Source of the DNA: Mytilus edulis
Lineage: Eukaryota
Assembly: GCF_963676685.1 (NCBI RefSeq)
Contig: NC_092351.1
Span: 25,296,001 to 25,360,000 of the forward strand
Direction of reading: 5' to 3'
Length of the DNA: 64,000 nucleotides
Shown here: piece after piece, positions 26,801 to 39,541 of the stretch
How positions within the stretch are numbered: the first letter of the stretch is position 1
Layout: each line of letters starts with the position of its first letter
The notes under the pieces: model-generated
Database searches by the model: none
Seen by the model: the letters and a program-made list of their open reading frames with translations, nothing else
Told to the model about the DNA's origin: nothing
Position numbers and translations under genes: made by a program

Positions 26801-29800
26801 GCTCAGATCAAAATAGGTAAATAGCCAAACAAGTACAAAGTTAAATAGCATGAGGACTCAAAATTCCAAAAAATTGTGCCAAATACAGCTAAGATCATCT
26901 ATTCCTGGGATAAAAAAATCCTTAGTTTTTCGAAAAATTCATAGGTTTGAAAACCGAAATTTATAAAAATGACCATATAATTGATACAAACTTTGTATAA
27001 AAATATCATTCTTGTCCTCTTTCCTAATTAATCAAAGATGTAATATTTAAGAATCAATACAAACATTTTTTTTTACCTTATTCTGTATTTCAGTACTATT
27101 ATCATATTAAAGATGTTACATTATCTTTTTTGTTTTTGTATTTTAGCGAAAGTTATGCAAATTAATTGCATTTCTGCATTACCATTACTGTTTAAGTCTG
27201 TATCGTCAAGTTTGGGCCATTGGTGATATAATATTGAGGAATACTATACCATACTATCTGATTGAATACTAAATTTTTATCATATAAATGTAGTAAATAA
27301 ACATTCACGACTAACAGTTGTTCATTTCATCATCTTTTTCTTTTTTGTATATTAAGCTTTTTATAGACAGGAACACATCAACTTTAATTCTTTTGAACCT
27401 TTAGTTGTTTTTTTTTGCTTCAGTCAAACTTGTAAGATTCGATTTTTTCATGCATACACATCGTCTGCGTTTTATAGATTTACAGAGATATATTTTATAC
27501 AAAAGTTTATTAAATGAACATATCAACAGTGCAAAAGAACCTGCTTTTTGAACTAACAAATACAATTGTTTCACTTAACTTGTCGTCGCCCATTTCTTTG
27601 CTTAATCTATAAGAAACAGTTCGGTTGAATTATAATTCTTAACGATTAGAATTATTTTACTATCCAGACAAGTAAGAAGCATGGTGCGCATAGATCAATA
27701 TGACAGGTACTAAAATAGCAAGCCAACAACATAAAATTATGAAGATACGTTATACTTGGAATATCGTATTCCTAAAAGACACTTAGTTTATATCTTGTCA
27801 CGAGTACAAAAAAGTACGAAAATTAAAAAAAAAAAAGTCAAAGATTCAAATGGCCAACAAAATCACGAATGCTGGCATCTGTACATGGAAAATTAGAACT
27901 ATAATTCTGTAGTTATGAATAAAAATATGAAGAAGTTACCATACTCGTTTTCATTCTACATAGATTCTTAAGAATCAATACAACATTTTTTGACTCGATA
28001 AAAAATCATTATCATTATCATTATCATATTAACATATTATATTATCTTTTTTGTATTTCCATAAAAGTCGTGCGAATTAATTGTATTTCTACATCAAAAC
28101 TTGCTGTTTTGCCTGGATCGGTAATTTGAGGCCAGTGGTGATATAATACCGAGGAATACTATACTTCTATTTTATTGAATACTATATTTCTATCATATCT
28201 TGTAGAAAATAAACATTTCTGACTTACTGTCGTACATTTCATCATCTACTTGAATTCTTTTGAACCTTTATTTGGTTTTTTGCTTCGGTAAAACTTGTAA
28301 GATATGAATATTTTAAGCATACACATCGTCTGTGTTTTATAGATTTAAAGAGTTATATGTTCATACAAAAGTTTATTAAGTGAATTTGAACATATCAACA
28401 TTGAATATAGAACTTGCTTTTTCATTTGAAATGTTAACGAACTTATGAAAACTCGAAAACTGTAAGCTTTCTACACAGTTCCTCTAAAAATTACCTGGAT
28501 AATGCGGAATCCTTTTCAGACTTGATATTAGCTAATTCAGCATCTTTTTCCTTCAGACGCATTTTCAATTGTTTAATGGTTTCTTCAGATTCTGTTCTAG
28601 CTTTAAGTTTTGCGTCCTTTATTAACTGTTTTGCTTTAGTTATTATTTCATCTTTAGCATCTACTGCTTCTTGATATTTTTTCATGGATTCATCATTAAC
28701 TTCTTTAAGTGTATTGTATTCCTCAGTTTGTCTCTGCAACTCAGACTTCAGTTGTTCTGTTGATGTGTCCTGTTAATAAAAATTAACAGATCATCTTCTG
28801 TATACCTACTTTCTCCCTATTATTATTTTCAGAAAAGGAAACAGAGGAGGTTTACTATACGTCAATGATAGGACAATCTAATCATGATTACAAACAAGAG
28901 TTGATACATTAAAATATCTCGTTTTCTGTATTATTTGATATATTATAAAAAATCAGTAAAATCTCATGCAGGTGTAACAATATATAATTTGGCTCGTTTA
29001 ATTTTCCTAAAATTTTGGACAAAAATATAAAAAATTCTAAAAATTTGAACCAACCATTTTATCAGAAAAATTACACTGGTTATATAGCAGTTTGACAAAC
29101 ACTACTGTTGATCATTTAGAAGCTTCAACGTAATTACAACGCTTAGCTGATTTTACAGAGTTATCTCCCTGTAGGGTTAGGTACCATAAAAATATGGACA
29201 AATTCAAGTACACACACTACTTAAAATTTTATAACAAAAATCTCTGCATTAAAGTCTGTGGATTTTCTACAAAAAGCTTGGTTTATTTGCCACACAATCC
29301 TGTTTAACTATCAAATGCAATGAAACTATAAATAATAAATTTGAATATGTACAAAATGACCCATCTCTTTTATTTATTATCTTTGCTGTTTTTATACTAT
29401 TGCAGTTTGAAAATTTCGTAATTCAAAGGCTTCAGAAGGGGTCATAAACCTTAAGTAAAATTACCTTCAGAGATGATTCTATTGTATCAATATCAACTTT
29501 CTGTAAATCCTTAACCAACGAAATAAGTTGGTCCACGTTCGAGGATTCTCTTGATGATCTACGTTTCGTTCTGTCATTCTCGATTGTGACATTTGGTGAT
29601 GACTTCTTGTCAGAGGAAAGATAAACCTTTCTCGTCGATGTTATTCGGTCGTGTCTATCATGTTCGTTGGTTTCACCTTCACTAGAAATTGTTGGTGATG
29701 TTTGGTGGTCTCTGGAAAGAACTTCTCTTCTTGTAATAGATTTACTGTGCGTATCAAAACGACTTCTTTCATCATGTGGCGAAGTTGCCCGGTTGTATGA

Positions 29801-29893
29801 AGATTCAGAGCTAGGGCTGAGGAAATCGTATAAATTTGGAGCTCTTCCTGCACCCACGGTTCTGCTGTGTGAATCGTTCCTCTTGTAAGACAT
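20815..29893 (-). CDS. MIEAP (mitochondria-eating protein/SPATA18-type) C-terminal-domain protein, paralog 1, ~676 aa, 6 coding exons
   Basis: Exons 29893-29465, 28769-28495, 26467-26266, 24749-24678, 22598-22479 and 21747-20815, GT-AG, phases 0/2/0/0/0. Disordered N-terminus, coiled coil, then RLS..IADLSDPNRSTKLAEKY..LYDNDWTDALE and KCIEICWLMNTHNPP...VVWLPLL.EKDGPVLTKGVVQP, then a long disordered tail. Confidence 0.8.
22671..22955 (+). mobile_element. HINE/pearl-like non-autonomous element (one core repeat)
   Basis: 5' aacaagaatgtgtcc, core unit, (GACG/AACG)n microsatellite, 3' hairpin cctctactatcgtaggtggg. Confidence 0.65.
23409..23893 (+). mobile_element. HINE/pearl-like non-autonomous element (two core repeats)
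   Basis: Same ends as 22671-22955 with the core unit duplicated, plus microsatellite and 3' hairpin. Confidence 0.65.
24000..24270 (+). mobile_element. Highly decayed Penelope-like RT core fragment
   Basis: Remnants of IKMMDFFIDNIFV, (G)IPM.T.C...DLFLYS and FRY.DDV.SL motifs with frameshifts. Confidence 0.55.
24915..25819. mobile_element. Long-TIR MITE (CACAG termini, TA flanks) containing a Penelope-like 3' fragment
   Basis: ~150-bp imperfect inverted arms (cacagctaattttgcataggtact... / ...agtacctatgcaaaagaagctgtg) flanked by TA. Confidence 0.7.
25125..25594 (+). mobile_element. Penelope-like element 3' end (RT C-terminus plus 3' UTR)
   Basis: FLDRGLLLTRKLLYQEFQMVKLKSSLRKFYGRHHELVDRYGITVSQM*; the following sequence is repeated at ~18400-18545, ~41995-42160, 6598-6710 (-) and 54885-54960 (-). 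Confidence 0.7.
26430..28420. repeat. Diverged tandem duplication (~0.85-1.1 kb) of the paralog 1 intron 2 / exon 3 start
   Basis: Shared blocks: cccatttctttgcttaatct (26450, 27588), gtaagaagcat..atagatcaatatga (26572, 27672), gtggtgatataata (27220, 28135), catacacatcgtctg (27453, 28318). Confidence 0.85.
26761..26800 (-). ncRNA. Minimal type I hammerhead ribozyme in a PLE/retrozyme-type repeat (~26720-27045)
   Basis: Reverse complement reads gtca CTGATGA gtc-ttatgta-gac GAAA c-gcgc-g TC tgac: intact core, GUC triplet, 4-bp stem I, palindromic stem III loop. Confidence 0.75.
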
Positions 29894-30943
29894 TTTCTAT
29901 TGCAAAAAGACAAAATGTGTTCATTGAAGGGATGAATAATATACGTAAGTAATTAAAATATCATTCTAGTATATCATGACTGTCCCGTTTTGTGTTTTTA
30001 GTATTTCATTGGCAACCACGAATAGTAATACGTTTGTATGTCTAGCTGGTCATCATTTAACTGTTAAAATAACCTTAGCTGAACTAATTTTAACCATGAA
30101 CCAAATGCACGCTTCGACAGTTAAAGTTTCTTCAATAATGAAATACAAAGATTCCAAAAGGAAATAAAAAGTAAACCCAAAACCGGACAAGGAGTCAGAG
30201 TGATGATTAATGATCAGTTGTCGAAAAGTTATGTAATGTACCATGCACTCTGGTATGATCCTCTTTTCAATGTTTCACGCATTTTAATTTAGCAACATCG
30301 ACACATTGCCTTAAGATAACATGAATACTTTTCGATGAATAGTGGTAATGTTTTAAACTAAACTTAGTTATTTCTGTATTTTAGATATAAAGATGGAATT
30401 AATAAGTAATCCCTGAACTAGTATGGTAATTTGTCACAATGAGAGAAAAAAATAGAGACAAAACATTTTTACATTGTGTCGAATAATGTGTTTTTTATAA
30501 CTGACTATACGGCATGTGTTTTTTTTTTATGTTGAAGACCGTACGGTGACCTTTGATTGCGTACATCAACGTCATTCAGACTCAATTTAAGCGACTAGTT
30601 GTCTCATTGACAATCATACCACATATCCAATTTTTAAAAGACAAAACTTGAATATTACACAAACACCATGTTTTAAAAAAAAAATCCAAAATCAGGTTCT
30701 TCGTCAGTTTCCTAAACTTATTTGATGCCAAAATTAACATAGACAGATAATAGACGTATGCAAATTTGTCCACCATTACATAACATCACACAGGTTCCCG
30801 TAAACTTTGACTTCATAATTCAAAACATATGACGTCACAACTAAAAAGTGATTGTTGCTTGACGTCAAAAGGTTATTTGGAGGTGATGTAAGGTCATTTG
30901 GAGGCAAGATACAGCTAAATACCAAAAGTGTAAATACGTTTAT

Positions 30944-31278
30944 ATGGGGACGAAGTCCCCTATTACAGTAGAAAATTCAATAAAAAAAATAAAAAAAATC
31001 GGGAAAATTTCCCGAATTTTTCATTTTACTAAGAAAGGAACTAATACTAATTCATTTAAAAAAATGTTTGTTATTAAAAAAACGTTACCTGATGACAGCG
31101 TTTCTTTGTTAACATTGAATATGACGTCATAACTTAAATAACGTCACAACTAAAATTCCTAACAACAGAACCAAAATTGGAAACGTTACGGTATTTCTGT
31201 TTCTCTTTTTAACATTGTTGATTTAAAATAAAAAATCATAGACTTCGTCCCCATTCACAGGTAGTTCCTGCCTGATAT
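30944..31278 (+). mobile_element. HINE-like element with subterminal inverted repeats
   Basis: atggggacgaagtc(ccc) at the 5' end (itself a hairpin), its complement gacttcgtccccat at ~31241-31254, followed by hairpin caggtagttcctgcctg. Confidence 0.55.
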
Positions 31279-33306
31279 TAAGTCTAGTGAAGAAAGATGC
31301 CTTCAATTTGTAATGTCAACAAACAAAAATAGTTGATCAAATCGTTTTTTAAAAACATAAATTGATTATATATAACTCGATGCAATACTTTATTCATTGG
31401 TCGATTTTCGGTTAGAAAATAATAATTTTAAATGTGCACATCAGTTATGGTAACTGCATCAGGGTTGATGGATATGTGACGACTGAATTTGTTTCAGCTA
31501 CCTTGTTTACTAGTATATCATGTCGGTCGGTTGTTTTTGGTGGATGAAGCCGGAGTATCCAGAAGGAGCCATTGACCATCAACAGAAATTCTTGTCATCG
31601 AAGAACTTCAAGATGAGCACAACTCGCGACGAACGAGGTAATTCAAACTTACACCCACCGACTTGATAGAACCGAAGACAAACTACTTTGATTAGTCGAC
31701 AGACGTTGACGTTTAAAACTTTATACATGGACAATGTCACTCCATTAACGCCGAACGGTTTTAATAAATAATTAAGAGAATACAGTTTTCAACAACAACA
31801 AAAAAAGTAAAATTCCAAGAATATTGAACTCCGTGGGAAATTCAAAACGGAAAGTCGCTAGTCAAATGGCAAAATCAAAAACTCAAACACCTGAAACGAA
31901 AGGATAACAACTGTCATATTCCTTACTTGGTGCATGCATTTTCTTATGTTTTAAAATGTGGAGAAAGAGGAATTGGATACATTTATTGACTGGTGGAAGT
32001 TTGTTGACGTACAGCGGCAAATGTTCAGAATCAATTCGATTGGTGGATTCTGCAATGTTGGTCTTACGGCATGAAGGGTGGTAAATGTCATCTACCACAG
32101 GAAACAGTAGTTATAGTTCCAAAATAATCCTTCGAGAGTTTTTTTTTAAATCGAAACGAACGAGCCTATATGTTCTTATTTTCAAACGTATGTGTAAACA
32201 TGTTCCACAAGATAATTATGTAGATCAAATAAGATAACAATACACATAAACAAAAACATACCGTACAGTTTGGAAATTAATAATCCCAAGAGGAAGTTAT
32301 TCTTTAATATTATATTTTCTAAAATCACGCGATGCAATTGTTTTATAGTACATATTTCAGAAGACAATAGAAATAAAATAGATCCATATTTAGTGCGATT
32401 GAAAGATTGTTTTGTGGATATTTATATTTTATTTGAATAAGTTTAAAATTTCTTATGTCTCAAGAGTAATTAATGTATTCGTGTTTTCTATCTGTCAAAG
32501 GTCCAAATACCTGAAGCCACTCATTATCAATCAAATATTCATATCAAAATAACGTCCATTCCAAAACATTCAAACAGTATAAACAATGATAAACCTTTGA
32601 AGAATGTCAATAATTATTTTTCTTGTAAGAGTGTTTTTAAATCAAGAAAGATTTATTTAGATTGGAAATACAAATACAGATATGGGAAAGTGCAAGCGTG
32701 CAAGACTTTGTATCAAAATAAATATGAAGATTATGTATGTACTTTGAGAAGGCAGATTGCGAGCTTAAATGAACGGTGAAACCATATTTTTATTTCATTT
32801 TTCTATTGAGTATAGAATTAAGTTTATTTATAGAAAAAAATAGCGAAATCCTACATTTAAAAAAAAAATACCCACGAGCCACCTTAAGTAGTTTCTCGAT
32901 ATTTAATATATCTTCACTGGACTTATCTATGTATATCGAATACATGTGTGTTATTTTTTCCAATTTTAGTGATTTGTTTATGACTAATTATTTTAATTTT
33001 TATTTATTTATTACTTGATTTATTCATTTATCTGTCTCTCTAGTCTTTATAAGAATGTTTCTTACATTCTAGGGAAAGAATTTTTAAAGAGTTGCTTCAT
33101 AGTACAATATTTGTTTCAATAAAACGATGGAACTATTTTATTATTTGAAATAAGGACTCTCACTGCAAGTAATTTATGTCATTAAAGTCATAAGAAACGA
33201 CTCGAGTGACCGGTGAAAAATAATGTTCTTCCAATTCTTGAACAAATGCATACAAACATCATAAACGTAGTCTTCTGTGCACGAACTTATCATTTTTTTT
33301 TCGTGT

Positions 33307-33894
33307 AAAGGAATAGGTCCGGTAAGGACTCATTTTGGCCTCAAATTTCAATTTCATCTGACGAAAGATTTTGACCACTTTTTAAACACTTTTAAAAGTG
33401 TCTGTTTCACTTGATTCAGTTACTTTCTGAAAAATATTTTAACTGATTAAGTCACTAAAAACGATGCGATTGAAGCTCAAACATGAAAAATCTCTCAAAT
33501 ATGCCAAAAAAAGTCACTTTTTAGATGGTTTTTGTCATAAATTAATGTGGCCGCATCCGTGTTCATCCACAACCTTTATATATGTTATGTATTATCATAA
33601 AATACAACTTTCATTGCAATATTAAGGATGAACACGAATGCGGCCACTTTCGTTTTACACGGAAACCGTCTAAAATTTAACTAAAATGATCGAATTTTGA
33701 AGATTTCAGTAATTTTGCATGACTTAATGGTGCTACAACCTGATATATGTGCATTGTATTGTCAAAAACAGCCCCTATTTATGTAGCAGAAGCATTCAAC
33801 TGTCCAATAAATATCTAAAAGTTTACATTTTAACAATTTTGTAAAACTGTTATATTCTTGGGCCAAAAAGGGGCCTTACCGGACCTACTTCTTT
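33307..33894. mobile_element. MITE with ~21-bp TIRs and an internal hairpin
   Basis: aaaggaataggtccggtaagg / ccttaccggacctacttcttt; internal inverted arms gtggccgcatccgtgttcatcc / ggatgaacacgaatgcggccac. Confidence 0.75.
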
Positions 33895-35106
33895 CGTAAA
33901 AATCGTCATTTTTTTTCTCAATCGGTCAGGTTGTTGTGAAAATATGGCAGGTAATTAAAGTTCATGCTTTGAAGCCGAAGTTTCACGATTGTCACCTGTT
34001 TGTCAACAATCAACAAAAAATCAACAAAAAGCATGGACATTGAGCACGTGTTTAACATGTAAATTCAGATAATAGTTTTTTTTAAGGACATCCATGCGTA
34101 TTGTGATCACCGGATTTTTACAAGATGGGTCACACTGAGGTCACTTTGCATACGAAAAATATGTCGGGGGAATTGCTTCCTGGAAGGAAGCAATTAAAAT
34201 AAAGTAAACTTCTTCTAAATATGAATAAATTAAAGAACTTTTATTCAGAAAAATTATATGTACATAAGTTTTATAATGAAAACTATCCATTGAGTTATAC
34301 AAAAACATATGCATTATTTTTTTAAATTTAAGGTTTCTTATGACCTCTAAAAAATAATGTTATTTATGTATTTGTTTTTAGACTGGAGCCAATTCAGTGG
34401 TCACAGATAAATTTTTTGCTTGCATTAAAGGTTAACTATTTTGGAAAGATCTTTAATAATATTTAACAAAATTTCATTGTTATCGTAATTTACTTCCCCA
34501 AAACGATAGGAAATAATCATATTTTGAGATTTAAGATCGACAAGTTTAGATCGTATGTATATTTTTAGACGAGAAGTGAGACAAAGAAAGATGCCAGTGG
34601 ATAAAGCCATAACTTAAGATTTTATCAAATATATTTTCTGAGTAATATTCATGTTAAAACATGTTATTGCCTACGTTCATTGCTCTGGATTTGACCCTTT
34701 TGTACAATCAGTGTGCATTGACATGACAACACAACCTTATAACAGACTATCGGTTTTGTTCTTTTATGAAGTGGATATAAGAAGATGTGATGTGAGTGCC
34801 AATGAGACAACTCTCCATCTAAACAACAATTTATAGAAGTAAACCATTATAGGTCAATATACGTCCTTAAACACGGCACCTATGCTCACACCGAACAAAA
34901 ACTATAAAGTGCCCCAAATTTACTAGTGTAAAACCATTCAAACGGGAGAACCAACGGTCTAATCTTTACAAACGACAAACGAGAATCACGTATAAATTAC
35001 ATAAACAAACGACAACTACTGTAATCAGATTCCTGACTTAGGACAGGTACAAACATTGCATCATCGAATCAGCCTTTGTTTCTTTTATCAATTTCATTCA
35101 AAACTA

Positions 35107-38030
35107 CACTGTAAATAAAAGTGTTAAGAATCTGAACACTTTTTGAACACCCTTTTGTAACACTTCTGGAACGCGTAACAGTGTTCTAAATATTAACATT
35201 AGTGTTCCAGTTTTTAACAGTATGTGTGCATCTTTCGAAAGCTATGTGTGTTATTCTTGAACGGATAGTGTGTACTCCTTGAACGCCGAGTGTTTGGATC
35301 TGGAACGCGTAACAGTGTTCTAAATATTAACTTTGGTGTTCCAGTTTTTAACATCATGTGTGCATCCTTCGAACGCTATGTGTGTTATTCTTGATCGGAT
35401 AGTGTGTACTCCTTGAACGCCTAGTGTTTGAATCTGGAACATGAACTTGTGAGCAAAATTGTATGCCGTTACGCGTTCCAAGCCTTGTAACACTTCTGGA
35501 ACGCTCGGACTGTGTTTTAGAAGTATGTGTTAATATCCAGAACACATAGTGTATATTAGTGGAACACAATTTTACATGTTCCAGAAAAAAGTGTTCTATT
35601 CTTTGAAACATTATTGTGGTCTTGTAAAACAAATAATTTAATTGATTAAAAACATCTTTAATTGATTAAAAGAGGCAAAATTTAAAAAAAAGTACAATAC
35701 AATGTGAAATATTGAAGCAACTTTAAAATGACAATTTAGACAAGTTAAAAATATAACATTTGTAATTTGCAAAAATTAATGTGTCCAAATATTTAACCAC
35801 AAACAAAATGTTCGTCATATTTAAAATTGTTATGTAACAACAAAGTCTAGTGACTTATGAACACAGTTTAACTCATCGTTTGCAACTTCTCAAGTCAAGC
35901 ATTGTCCTGAATTACAAAATACTTATGTCAATGACTCGTTTATCACAAATATTTTCGATGATCCACAGCTTTCATAGCACTCAGATAGTCAATATCAAAC
36001 ATAAAATACCCTGTGTATATGCTGCTACTAGTCGAGTCGGTGTTCATGTAACACTGCTACCTTAGGTACTTTTTAACATGATTTGAGTCGTCTACTACTG
36101 ATTTTGAGCTTCCATTTTTTAGAACATTCGTCTTTTGAGCTTCCATTTTTTAGAACATTCGTCTCCTTGGGTTATAACTACTCTTTAACCTTGTTATCCA
36201 TCAACTGTGAGTTCTAAAATATAAAATATAAAGTGTATGAGCAGAGACATATAATACAATTGTATTATATGTCTCTGGTATGAGTAAACAAATTATGAAT
36301 CATGTCAATATTCCTTAAGAATTCGAATTAAACTCTTATTTCGTTTTTGTAATTTCATTATACTTGTCAGCATTATTAGATAAGATACATTTTTTAAAGA
36401 GTAGTATACATGCATTTTCAAGTATATGGGCTCTCGTGTTCTATAGCTTTTAAAAAAAGATGGTAGGAAGTGTCCAGCAAATGCTCATAGGTGTTTTAGG
36501 CAAAACTTTGTCGTTAGACTTGTCACTAAACTAACTGCTCACATTTCTAGAAACTAACTACCTTTTGACTCTTTTTTTTTTAAGATATGTAGTAATTTCA
36601 CTTATGATCTGTATACGGTAATTCCAATTTAAATTGATGTTATTATATCGAATTTAGCTCAAATAGTTTTCTGATTAATGTACACCAGTGAATGGTGCAC
36701 ATTTTATTGATAAATCTGCAATAACAAAACTTGTAAGAAGTCAATGGGCACTCCTAAAATTCTTAAACTTACATAAAGTACTTTTATGGTGCAGGATAAG
36801 TAGTCATCTCTTGAACTGCGAAATTTTCTCTTCATTCTCGGCGAGGTATGCACGAACAATTACCCCTCAGTACTGTAGTTGTGTTTGTACCCTATAAAAG
36901 TAACATATAAGAATACATAACAATACATGTATGAACGGTGGACATTTGCTAAAATTACTAAGATTTAAGTATTTAAGAATGAGAAAGCTATTAATATAAC
37001 ATATACATAAGAAATTTAAAATTAGTGTTGCAGTATGCCTTTTTACAAACTTCTGTCTTGACATTGGAACACATGGCGTTCAGAAAAACCGATTAGCTGG
37101 AACGTTTCATGTTCGAGACTAGAACACATTTACAATAGCAACGATATCATTAAACATTTACGTATAAATTTACATTGGTTATTTTTTTTTATAACATGAT
37201 CATCTAAATATATTCTCTCAACAAACCTCCTACTTTTTAAATCGAATTATGGCATAACAGCACCGTTATGTGTTGACACAAAATGTTCTACTTCCATTTA
37301 TACTTCAGTGTGTCCTGTCAAAGTAGAAATTTGTTGATTTAATACTAAAAAAAATGTGTGATAAATATAGATATAAATTAAACATACCTATTAAATCAAG
37401 TTTTGCTGTAATTTTCTTCAGTGAAGCTTCTTCAATCACGATCAAAAACCAAACTTCCGGTACATTAATACGTCACGCGCTGTTATGTACGCGGGCATGT
37501 TTGGAACACATGGCGTTCGGGGGGAAATGGTAAATTTGAACGCATCATGTTCGGCGCCAGAACACTTTTACAATAGCAACGTTTTCATTAGCATTTACAC
37601 ATTTACATTGTAAAAAAATATACCCAAAGAACTTAAGTCCTTTAGAAAGAAGATTTATATTAAAAATCAATCATTTGCACGCTTATATAAATACGCTCTT
37701 TCATTTTTTTTTTACCAAACTATAATTTGCTTATGTTGATACAGCTAAACTACATTCATCGTCAAATTATAGTGCGAATCACCCTTATTCATCGTCTGTT
37801 TGACTCTGAAGTGATGAAATATTGTTTCACTCCCCATTACAATATTAGAACATTTCTAGTGTTCAATTTAGAACACTTGTCTTGAACATGTGCGTTCAAA
37901 GACTGAACACAATGTGTTATATTTTTTAACGCTGGCGTTCAATGTGGAACACGAATGTTAATAACTGAACATATTGTGTTTAAAATTGGAACGCGTCCAG
38001 ACGCGTCAGGCGTCCGCAATATTTGCAGTG
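35107..38030. mobile_element. Non-autonomous CACTG (CMC/EnSpm-like) DNA transposon
   Basis: TIRs cactgtaaata / tatttgcagtg with TA duplication; many subterminal gaacac/gtgttc motifs at both ends; inserted in the aaaacTAgag 5' end of a HINE-like element. Confidence 0.7.
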
Positions 38031-39030
38031 TAGAGACTCTTAAAAGCCTGTCGCCAACCTTGGTCTATGCGTTTACTTAACAAATGCCATTCTCCAACAT
38101 TGTAGATGAGAATAAAATTGAATGACAAAAATCTCTGTTTTGTTGATCTTGTACTACTTTAGTTTCTACTCAAAACACAAAAGAGGATTAACAAATCTTC
38201 TTTTAAGGGCAATTACTCTTATACACAGAGAGTGACAGTCTTCTTACTATTGTAACTATATCGGCCAAATTTGACATGCTATTAGATCTTGCCGTTCTTA
38301 CCATTCTTGTGATTTAAACGGTCCATCTGTTTATCAATTTTTTTATCATATAAGGCATAACGCAAAAAGTACGCAATTAACGGGGGAAAAAACCTCAAAG
38401 TATAAGTTGTATACGATTTTCTGCAAATTTTTAATTGTCTTAATTGAAGACCTTTTCCTACTGATCATTTTTTTTTTTTTTTTTAAGATATTTCTATTAT
38501 AATTTGTGAAAACTAACGCGAAAACGCAAAAAAAATGGTAAAAATCTTCATAACTGTAATTGGGAGTCGACCGACCGACGATTTCGACAGTGCAGACTTT
38601 TTTTGTAGAACTTGTCTTGCTGGTCGCATTTAGCATGCAAAAACATTCTCTCTATCTATCATCCGTTTTCAAGATAAAAGGCAAAAATAACACAAGATAA
38701 AATTTGTCATCCTAGAAAACTCCTGTAAAAAGTTGTCTGACAGTTTTGACATGTATAAACAATTGGAAGAGCTCAAAAGTCGGAACGAATAAGCTCTGCA
38801 GATTATCTCTATTTATAACGGTTATAAAAGTAAAAAACGCAACTTGCATTTTACCTGTCTATTTTTAGAAATGTCAGCCTTCTTGGTTGACATGCGGGGT
38901 CATCGAACACATATTTTAAACTAGATACCCTCCTGATAATTGTGTCTAAGTTGGGTTAAATTTGGTTCAAAAGTTTCAGAGAAGACTTTTGTGAAGTTTA
39001 ACGACGAGATAAGTGATGAGAAGAGCTCAA
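38031..39030 (+). mobile_element. Decayed HINE-like element (same family as 45179-46362)
   Basis: Ends tagagactct...ccttggtctatg and ...aagtgatgagaagagctc match the copy at 45179-46362. Confidence 0.55.
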
Positions 39031-39541
39031 ATGTATTGTTGGTTTATTTTGCTTTCTTAAATATGTTGATTGAGATGGCACCTTGACGTATATCAATCTT
39101 TTCGTGTGTCATCTGGTTACTTCAAATATCTTTCAAATGACAGATTTATTAGCGTACCTGATGAAGGTGAATTGAAAAAATCGATTCAGACGCAAGAAAT
39201 TGTGTATCATCAAGTGTGTCTAAATATCTGTTACATGATATGTCATATGATATCATATAACCCACTTTCGTACTAATAAGCGTCTAAATATTTCTAGGAG
39301 TAACTATTTTAAATGGACACTTTTTTCATCGTTTTCCCTTTGAGGTATAAATTCTATAAAGCTATATATCAAAAGTTTCAATAATTATATACACAGATAA
39401 AATAAAGACAATATCAAACAAAAGGTCATATTTTAAACACTACTAAACTGAAATAACTTCTAACCAATAAATGTATGATATGAAACTGTTAAAAGAAGAC
39501 TGGCAATCCTTAATAAAAGAAGGTATGCTTTATATCCCAAA

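Noticed and set aside
31001-31014. Palindromic kB-like gggaaaattttccc upstream of paralog 1
   Set aside because: Longer than the kB consensus and internal to a HINE-like repeat; no independent support.
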